From Catajapyx aquilonaris (Eukaryota), in assembly GCA_000934665.2 (NCBI GenBank), contig KZ538184.1:62001-106778 (forward strand): a stretch of DNA of 44,778 nucleotides, in the 5' to 3' direction. Below, in pieces: positions 37,461 to 44,778 of the stretch; position 1 is the first letter of the stretch; every line of letters starts with the position of its first letter. The translations under genes and the position numbers were made by a program. The notes below the pieces were generated by a model. That model was not told the origin of the DNA and did no database searches. It saw only the letters and a list, made by a program, of their open reading frames with translations.

Positions 37461-37626
37461 CGGAAAATGAACTTGTGCCTTGCATTGTGCTGCCACCTGC
37501 TTCTTTTCAACTGGAACTAACACACTTAGGCCTCAGAGAGAGGACGCAACAAGAGACAACGTTGTTCGAACGACGTCTGTCTTTCGAACGTGCTTCGAAC
37601 AGGTCAGGTCAGTAAGCCACAGGACC

Positions 37627-37799
37627 ATGGACGACGAGCGTCCCCATCAGCAGGAGTCCGGCAAGTCCCTGTCCTTCTCCTTCTCCAAGAGGGTCGCCAG
37701 CAAGAAACTGGAGGACTCCAAACTGAGGGAGGACAGCACGAAGGACCACACGCAGGAAACGGACTTCGTTCGGTCATTCGAACACAACCAGATCAACAG
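37627..37799 (+). CDS. GPKOW: GPKOW exon 1
   Basis: Kozak-like accATGg; MDDERP...SLSFSFSKR...; AG|gtacaa donor. Confidence 0.88.
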
Positions 37800-40700
37800 G
37801 TACAAAGAAAGAGAAATGGAGCTGGTACAGAGAACATCATGTAGCGCACAGTACGCATTACCAGCAGTACGACTCAAATAGTTTAATACAATGTGGCCGG
37901 AACAATAGGCGTACCGGCTTGGTACCGGTAATTAGAATTTTAGTAGTGCAATAGTTACAATAATACAGTAATTACCATGATCGTAATACAGAAGCTACAA
38001 TAATACAGTAATTGCAATGATCATGATATGGTAATTACAGTTATCAAAATACAGTAAGTATTATAATACAGTAATTACAATGATAGTAATACCATAGTTA
38101 CAACGATGCAGTAATTACAATGATAGTAATACCATAGTCACAACGACGCAGTAATTACAATGATAGTAATACCATAGTCACAACGACGCAGTAATTACAA
38201 TGATAGTAATACCATAGTCACAACGACGCAGTAATTACAATGATAGTAATACCATAGTTACAACGATGCAGTAATTACAATGATAGTAATACCATAGTTA
38301 CAACGATGCAGTAATGGGGAAGTAGCCTTGGTCTGGGATTTGGGATTTTTGTTCATAACTAGCTAGCCCATGCCTGTAAACATACATTCCATCACTTTGT
38401 TGCATCAAAATGACATTACTGGATAAATTACGGCACATTTAAAAGTGCCTTCAAAATTGGCGGGAAACACGGGGCAGCCGGGTGGTGCCAATCGAAAGGG
38501 TCCACTGAAATGCCTGGTTGACTGCCAGATATGAGGAATTTGACTTTGAATTAACCGCGGACACGACGGAAAGCATTCGCAAGGCGGCTGTAGGCCATCG
38601 AGGTGGAGAAAGGGGGCCTTCATGTGCCGAATTCGGGTGACAGATAATTCCCACCAGTTGGCACCACTGTCAGCACAGAAGCGACTTGAGCGGCCTGGAA
38701 TAAATACGCGCCCCGGCCGCCATCTTGCTCACGGAATGGGACGGTTGCTAACAACAGCGAAGCATTTTACAACAATGACGGGGCGCGTTCTATAACACCA
38801 TTTTTGCGTTCATTTCACTTCGCGTGACGTCAACATTTTCTAGGGAAACAGTGACGTCACCATTTCCCTACATAAAAACCCCAATTACTCCGGAACTGAA
38901 ACTGATAATTATCTTAAAACGGCATATGCCAAAAAAATCCAAAAAATATGGGCGAATTTATTATGTAGTTTCCAAAATGAAGGCTACTTCCCCATTACAA
39001 TGATATTAATACCATAGTTACAACGATACATTAATTACAATGATTGTAATTGCAGTACAATCATAGCGTGCTAATATGTTCATACGTGGCTACAATATAT
39101 GCTAAAATTCTGCCGTTTTGTACTACATGCAACCTTGCCCTTTCGTTCTGTTCACTGACTGTTGTTAACTTTCAGTACCATAAAGAAAGAGGAGAAGAAG
39201 GAGCTGATAATACCGCTAATTGAGAAGAACCAATGGCGATACCAGGGACCTGATGGTGATGTGAATGGGTCGGCTCCAGGCTCACCCAGGGCCAACAGAC
39301 TGCCGGATGTGGACTCGGCAAAAACGCTGGAGGAACGGGCGGCTTTGGAGCTGCTCAGAGGTACCACGCTTTTGTGTCTTGTGCCATTTGCAGTTTTAAC
39401 ACGCCTGGTTTGTTGCAGATTGTAGCCTTGCGGCGGAGGACTGGGAAGGAAGAGGGGACAAGAAGCAAGCGAGGGTCATACCGATGGTCATGATGAATAA
39501 GATTCCGGAGGGGTTCGAGACCGAAGAGAAGATTGATGCCTCTTTGCGGGCTGAAGAGGTAAGGAATCGCAATTAATAAACACGATCCAAAGTACAGGGT
39601 GACTCCAAAGTCTGGACGCAAAGGGAATAATATTGTATTGTTGGTTGCCAGGAAACCAATTGTCAACCAACATTATAATAATATTTATTGCCAATGCAGT
39701 ACAGTACCTAATGTACGGAAAACGAGAGACCGATCTGACGTCATCGTTTCTTCCATTGTTGCTTGTTGTTGACACTGTTTACTCATATCGTTCTGTGGAA
39801 ACCTTGATGACGTCAGATCGTTCTCTCATTTTCCGTACATTATGTGTCCAGACTTTCGGGTCACGCTGTATTGTGAATGTCCATTGATTTTTCAACAAGT
39901 ACGCAACAATCTCAGTTCAGTACGATTGTTTTAATTGAAGGATGTTTCTTACTAGAAACATTTCCTGCTGCCATTCACTGAGAGTTATGTAATTTTAAAA
40001 GCCTAACTTTTCTGTTTTCAGTCGACACTCGATGATTACGAGAAAGTTCCGGTGGATGAGTATGGATATGCTATGCTGAAAGGGATGGGATGGAAGCCTG
40101 GAACCGGAATTGGAAAAAGCAACCAAAAGTAAGTTTTGCAACACCAAGCTGCCGTTTGTGCCAAATAGTCCGTAACTTGACTGATCTTCACGCTTGATGT
40201 TTTCAGGGCCACAGCTCCCATCCAGGTTGTAGTTCGTCCTAAAGGTCTCGGCTTAGGTGCCGACCGCCGCGTTCTCCAGGGCAAAGGTCAGCAGGGTGCA
40301 TCGAAAGATCCTGAGGAAGATATGACCCTAAAGCCTGACGCATACATCCTGGTGACGGACGGCCCGTATGTTGGGTCATACGCTAAGGTGGTAGCATTGG
40401 ATGAAGACAATGCGAGATGTGAGATTCAGCTGGCATTGGCAAGCTCTGGAAACACAATGACGATCAGCAACTACAGGGTGCAGGTGGTGCCAAAGAAGGA
40501 ATTCCAGGACAAATCGAGGGTCATCAACAGGGACAAGTACGAAGAGTACAAGGAGAAAGAGAGGGAGAAGAACAGCAAGGAGGAAGCGGATCGGAAGAAG
40601 AGGGAGGAAAAGCGGAGGAAAGACAGGAGCCGGAGCAGGTCGCCCAAGAGAAAGCGGGACAGGAGCAGATCGCCAAAGAGGAAGAAGGAACGGAGCAGGT

Positions 40701-41216
40701 CACCCAAGAGAAAGAAGGACAAGAAGAGAGAGAAGGAGGAGAAAAAGCGGGAGAAGGAGGAGAAAAAGCGGGAGAAGGAAGACAAACGCATTTCAATTTG
40801 GGTTCATCCGCAACTCAGGGTACGATGCATCGATCGCAAGTACAGAGATGGACGGTACTTCGGAACAAAGGTGAGTTCAGCTATGCGACCGCTTTCTGAC
40901 AATGTTGTAACACCAATTTATATTTTTACAGATGGTTGTGATAGACGTGGTGTCATCAGACTCGTGCACATGTCGCTCAGAGGATGGCCATTTGCTGGAC
41001 CTTCATCCGGAAGTGCTGGAGACTGTCATTCCCAAGACTAACCCGTCTTACGTGATGGTTGTGTCTGGTCGATATCGTGGACAGTTGGGCGAGGTGGTGA
41101 ACCGTGATAAGTCTAAATGTGTGGCCGACATACAACTGCTGCCTGATCGTGACGAGGTCGTACGATTAGAATATGACGATGTGTGTGAGTATGCCGGAGA
41201 TCTGTCGCACATGTGA
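37627..41216 (+). CDS. GPKOW: G-patch domain and KOW motifs-containing protein (GPKOW / Spp2 / MOS2 family spliceosomal helicase cofactor); 6 exons (37627-37799, 39176-39360, 39419-39558, 40022-40128, 40207-40870, 40932-41216), 1554 nt, 517 aa
   Basis: GT-AG introns with consistent phases. N-terminal SFSFSK and ELIIPL motifs, Spp2-type G-patch ([32 protein letters not shown]...[10 protein letters not shown]), KOW region ([24 protein letters not shown]) and C-terminal [12 protein letters not shown]...LETVIPK...[13 protein letters not shown]...YDDVCEY. Confidence 0.95.
37950..39055. repeat. 40-bp minisatellite in GPKOW intron 1: six near-identical units at 38071-38310, degenerate flanks, array split by a transposon
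   Basis: Unit gtaattacaatgatagtaataccatagt(t/c)acaacga(t/c)gca; the repeat resumes at 38994 (attacaatgatattaataccatagttacaacgataca). Confidence 0.95.
38316..38993. mobile_element. 678-bp non-autonomous DNA transposon, 14-bp perfect TIR, 2-bp AT target duplication (ISL2EU/PHIS-like)
   Basis: gtaAT|GGGGAAGTAGCCTT ... AAGGCTACTTCCCC|ATtacaa; the empty site gtaattacaa is visible in neighbouring repeat units. Confidence 0.85.
39176..39360 (+). CDS. GPKOW: GPKOW exon 2
   Basis: tttcag| acceptor; [15 protein letters not shown]...[11 protein letters not shown]|gtacca donor. Confidence 0.9.
39419..39558 (+). CDS. GPKOW: GPKOW exon 3 (not in ORF track)
   Basis: ttgcag| acceptor after a 58-nt intron; DCSLAAEDW...[30 protein letters not shown]|gtaagg donor. 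Confidence 0.9.
39595..39868. mobile_element. 274-bp Tc1/mariner-type MITE (TA TSD) in GPKOW intron 3, with internal 37-bp inverted arms
   Basis: TA|CAGGGTGACTCCAAAGTCTGGACGC ... GTGTCCAGACTTTCGGGTCACGCTG|TA (23/27 match including TA); inner arms 39709-39745 / 39806-39842 match 35/37. Confidence 0.85.
40022..40128 (+). CDS. GPKOW: GPKOW exon 4 (G-patch N-half; not in ORF track)
   Basis: ttttcag| acceptor; [38 protein letters not shown]|gtaagt donor. Confidence 0.95.
40207..40870 (+). CDS. GPKOW: GPKOW exon 5 (G-patch C-half, KOW, RS/KE-rich linker)
   Basis: ttttcag| acceptor; [10 protein letters not shown]...[11 protein letters not shown]...RSRSPKRK repeats...[12 protein letters not shown]|gtgagt donor. 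Confidence 0.95.
40932..41216 (+). CDS. GPKOW: GPKOW exon 6 (C-terminal KOW, stop)
   Basis: tttttacag| acceptor after a 61-nt intron; LETVIPK...[11 protein letters not shown]...YDDVCEY..-TGA. Confidence 0.95.
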   Translation: MVVIDVVSSDSCTCRSEDGHLLDLHPEVLETVIPKTNPSYVMVVSGRYRGQLGEVVNRDKSKCVADIQLLPDRDEVVRLEYDDVCEYAGDLSHM

Positions 41217-41981
41217 ACAAAGTGGACAGTAAGTGGAAGTGATCCGTACTTTATTATATGCCATGTAACTAGGTCTACAAAACATTGAAATCCACAAATT
41301 TGCATTGTGTTTTCCNCCCCCCCCATCATTTCTCCTTTTTTTTTTTGTAATGATCACAGCCGTACACAACAACATGCATACTAGTTAACCACACACGACT
41401 TATAACATTTTGACAAAATTGTCTGCGAGTTTCAGTGGAGTCAACTTGCAATTTTTTTTTTCGGAGGCAAACATACCGTACTTTATCAGATCCTGTTTAT
41501 TCTCAAGCCGTAACAAACACTTAACGATTTGGTCGAATTATTTACTTGCAATGTATTTTTTCTGTCACAAACGTATTTGACGACTTGTAGTTATATGAAG
41601 TGTTGGTTGATGCTTGAGTGAAATCGCTAACTGTGCAATTAACTGAAGCTACTTAGCTGCTTATGAAAATATATTTTGAAGTTAGTGGGTAGAAAAATAG
41701 TGTCCAGTTTTTTGATGAACCGTACTGTCAAAATGTAAGCTGATTCCACTGTTAATATCAATACATTTTTTTTCAGATTCACTCTACAGCATAACCACAC
41801 CTGACTTGCTCGATTGTTGCCCCAACACTTAACGACTGAACCGCACCTGGCTTTTACTTCCAGGTCGCACTACAACTTAAACCGCACCTGGCTCTATTGT
41901 CCCCAGGTTTTCACTTGACGGACATCACCCGAGATTAACCACTCATGACTCATTTGATGCTTGGCCCCTGCCCCTATTTGT

Positions 41982-42618
41982 TCAAATGCATTGGTAGTTG
42001 TCACCACTGCCGGACCTGGGAGGCTTTGGCGGCTTTGGCGGTGGCACCGGCGGAAGCGGCCTGGGTGAGGGAGATTCACATGCCACAGCCTCGCCAGTGG
42101 TATCTTCCCGATACCTTTTCTTTTTTGACTTGTCGACCTGTGCATAGAGTGCCATTATTTCAGGTGGTGCTTCGGTACCTGGCAGTGGAGATGGCGGGGT
42201 CACTGTCACTGGCGGCATCGCTACACTAGACTTGTTCACATTCTTGAGTATATCAGGCACCAGCCTCTTGTGTGAGTGCACCGTGGCATACTTGGTTCCA
42301 TCTGGAGATGGCGGAGGTGGCACGGCTACAGGACGATCTGACTTGCCCGGCCCGCGCAGCGTTTCGTACCAGCTCTCCGTGTCTGGCACCACCGCCTCGT
42401 AACCCACACTGCTTACATCACTCCCTCCTCGGAAGGAATTGGCCCCACTTCCTATTCGAGTGTAGTGGACCTCATCAGTTCCATTTAAGATGAGGTCATT
42501 CTTGGGCGGGTCTGATGTGAAGGTGCTGACATCATCGTAGATATTTTCAGTCACCAGGTGGTTCAATGAGGCTTGTGGAGACTTGTTGCCCGACGAACCA
42601 TTTTTCCACGACTTTGCT
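41982..42618 (-). CDS. Sushi/FTP protein last coding exon (cytoplasmic tail)
   Basis: ttttcag| acceptor; RAKSWKNG...NIYDDV...YAQVDKSKK...RPLPPVP...YQCI-stop. Confidence 0.9.
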
Positions 42619-43874
42619 CTGAAAATTTGTACAATGGGATTATTACTGTACTGCAATCATAAGTAGCTACCTTTGAATGTCAGCGACTACTTATTTAACG
42701 ATCCTTACCTTCTCCGTGCAAAGACAATCCCGACTGCAATCATGATGACTACTATGACTGCGGCAATGGCACCGAGTGCGGCAACCCCTCCCATGTGCAT
42801 CCGCTGAGGTGTCGTCGTTGGGGAAGGCGAAGATGCCGATGCGTCTATCGGATTTCCCCAGGAAGTCCCTGAGACACTGCCTGTCCCAGGGAACTGCTGC
42901 ATTTTCACAGGGTAGCCTGCCGTGGAGTCATAAACGCAGGTCAAGTTGACCGGTGACCAAGTCCCGTCATCTTGGCAGTAAGATCGTACCTCCAGCATAT
43001 CTGCGGATTATCACGATTAGAATGATAATAGTAATTGCGGGTTTTTGTACTTACTGCTATGTAGTACGTATCCATCTTGGCAGTGATATGCAGCCTGCGA
43101 GTTCCATGACACTGTACCGTTGATCAGTTCAACCCTCCCATTTGGCACCTCTGGAGGCCTGCCGCACATAATGGCCTTGCAATCAGGGAGGTCGCCTGAC
43201 CAGTCGCCAGTCTGACCGCACACTCGCGTCGCATTCCCCCACATTATGAATCCAGGATCGCATGTGTACATAGCCACAGAGTCAAACACATAGTCCTCGC
43301 TTGTGATAGTGACTGTTACCGAAGCATGTGGTATGGCCGGGGGAGAGTTGCATGTCACCTCTGGAATAAGTATATAGTCAGATGTTTTGCACTTTATTGC
43401 CTTATATGCAGTGTACCTGTGCACACAGGTGTCGACCCGCTCCAGTGTCCATCTGGCTGGCAGTACCGATGAGGGATGCCTTCCATGCGAAACCCGGTTG
43501 CACATCCATACTGGACCATGTTGGCATTAACTCGACGTGTTGTACCATACAGCGGCTCTTCGGGATCCCCACATGCCACTGCTTCTGTAACAATAACCAT
43601 TATAGCCATCTCCGCTTGCATTGAACTTAGCTAACATTACCTCTCCTAGCAAAGACTTCGACCTCACAGAGGCCAAAGTATTCCTGCACTTTTCTATCAT
43701 CCCTTAGGTACAGGTATCGCCCTGCCAAGGGCTGCGCAGTAGGTCCAACCCCTCCGCACGTGAGTTGGATCCTTGCCTGTCTGAAATGTCCTCGGAAGCT
43801 GGAGCATGGTGTGTACAGCAGCTCGCTCTCGGAGATGATCTGTAGTACAAACACCGTGAACTCCTGATACGTGC
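41982..43874 (-). CDS. Type I membrane protein, 5'-partial: F-type lectin (FTP/fucolectin)-like domain C-terminal part + 3 sushi/CCP domains + TM + Tyr/Pro-rich cytoplasmic tail; exons 43874-43641, 43584-43417, 43360-43055, 43000-42709, 42618-41982 (about 544 aa visible)
   Basis: GT-AG introns of 56, 56, 54 and 90 nt with consistent phases. GRYLYLR...FGLCEVEVF resembles the F-type lectin C-terminal GRYV...LCEVEV motif. There are three C-x-x-P...C...C...W...C CCP units, a hydrophobic GVAALGAIAAVIVVIMIAVGIVFA followed by RRRR, and a TGA at 41984-41982. The upstream exons were not found in the window. Confidence 0.92.
42709..43000 (-). CDS. Sushi/FTP protein exon (end of CCP 3, S/T/P stalk, TM)
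   Basis: SYCQDDGTWSPVNLTC...SASSPSPTTTP...TM helix; AG|gtaagg donor. Confidence 0.92.
43055..43360 (-). CDS. Sushi/FTP protein exon (CCP 2 and first half of CCP 3)
   Basis: VTCNSPP...YTCDPGF...VCGQTGDWSGDLPDC-KAIMCGRPP...YHCQDGY; A|gtaagt donor. Confidence 0.93.
43417..43584 (-). CDS. Sushi/FTP protein exon (CCP 1)
   Basis: Phase 1-1 exon; ACGDPEEPLYG...YGCATGF...YCQPDGHWSGSTPVC. Confidence 0.93.
43641..43874 (-). CDS. Sushi/FTP protein exon (F-type-lectin-like C-terminal part)
   Basis: ttacag| acceptor; TYQEFTVFVLQIISESELLYTPC...GRYLYLRDDR...LCEVEVFARR; G|gtaatg donor. Confidence 0.85.
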
Positions 43875-44711
43875 CTGTAATGTGGAATGCATTGTATGAT
43901 CATATGCAGAAAAATTGATTAACGTTTCAGCAAGCGGTCCAAGAAATTAAATGTGCTTTATATACAAAACCTAATATGCATGTAGTTGTGCCATATTATT
44001 GATTTTTAATTTTATACCAATTTCATGCCCATTTTTTACATAATTTCCTCCTTTTTTCATATGATCTTATGACGACTCCATTAGGAGTGACATGCGTGGA
44101 GATAAATTTTGTCATCCTGTCACTTCAGACTGGCAATCATGTCTAAACTAGGAAAACCGGATGTGAGAATATAGAAGAGGCCTTTTTCAACATCCAGTTA
44201 ATTAAAGAACCATTCAGAAAGTGGTCAAATAACGATTCTCCAGAGCGTAGCACGCGTCGCTTTATTGGCTGCGTCAACAAGTATTTTCACCAAAAAAAAA
44301 AAAAACCAACCCTTCTAAATCATAATCGATGATGCAAACACAACCTGCAAAATATTACGAATTATAGATGATAAAACCTAATTAGTTTGCACACGATTAG
44401 CTTTAATAGTGGTGGGGGTGGTGAAAAGCAAAGATTCTTCTTCTCAAGGAGGTCACAGTGGCGCAAGTTTATACAAACTGTCGCTGGCGCCACGACGCCG
44501 CCGCCGGAAGAACAAACCAAAACAAACCTCTCCACAGTTTCTTAGTCAACATGTTTATAGTGACCATGAGACTTATTACCGCAGGTTTTGTAGCTTATAT
44601 CAGACTTTTATATAGTGAAACCCCTGCCCATGTGTAGTACCATATCCCTCAGTCCCTCACATAGATGTCGCATTCTGATGACTCACCCCGGACGGAGTCA
44701 CATACTCCAAT

Positions 44712-44714
<3 letters not shown>

Positions 44715-44754
<40 letters not shown>
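44715..44754. repeat. (AT)20 microsatellite
   Basis: Perfect dinucleotide run. Confidence 0.97.
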
Positions 44755-44757
<3 letters not shown>

Positions 44758-44778
44758 GGCACCAGTGGTTATTTGAAA

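Noticed and set aside
38071..38310. 40-bp repeat array as a CRISPR
   Set aside because: The units are contiguous with no unique spacers, there are no cas genes, and the array lies in a spliceosomal intron.
40471..40796. Minus-strand Phe/Ser/Leu-rich ORFs
   Set aside because: Antisense of the purine-rich GPKOW low-complexity repeat.
43839..43854. ORF-track start / nearer acceptor for the F-type-lectin exon
   Set aside because: The acceptor at 43875 extends the same frame with TYQEFTVFV, which fits the domain and the phase-1 pattern better.

Overview
Eukaryotic, AT-rich animal genomic DNA, most likely an arthropod. This is inferred from GT-AG spliceosomal introns with a 54-61 nt short class and arthropod-type MITE/Helitron ends. 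Three spliced protein-coding genes can be rebuilt by hand with consistent exon phases. (1) A complete 6-coding-exon class A neuropeptide-type GPCR (+, 6822-17361, 499 aa). (2) A complete 6-exon GPKOW/Spp2 splicing factor (+, 37627-41216, 517 aa) with an RS/SPKR repeat between its KOW regions. (3) The 3' five exons of a type I membrane protein (-, 43874-41982; 5' end not found in the window) with the C-terminal part of an F-type-lectin-like domain, three sushi/CCP domains, a TM helix and a tail packed with ITIM/ITSM/SH2/SH3-type motifs. About 20 kb between the GPCR and GPKOW has no recognisable exon. The non-coding DNA holds several small non-autonomous DNA transposons, including nested ones and one with a 2-bp AT duplication inserted into a 40-bp minisatellite. 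It also holds a Helitron-like remnant, an array of perfect 5' splice-site/U1-complementary motifs and a triplicated Runx/E-box-like motif. There are no CRISPR arrays or prokaryotic features, and I recognised no rRNA or tRNA. Most ORFs in the supplied track are spurious.
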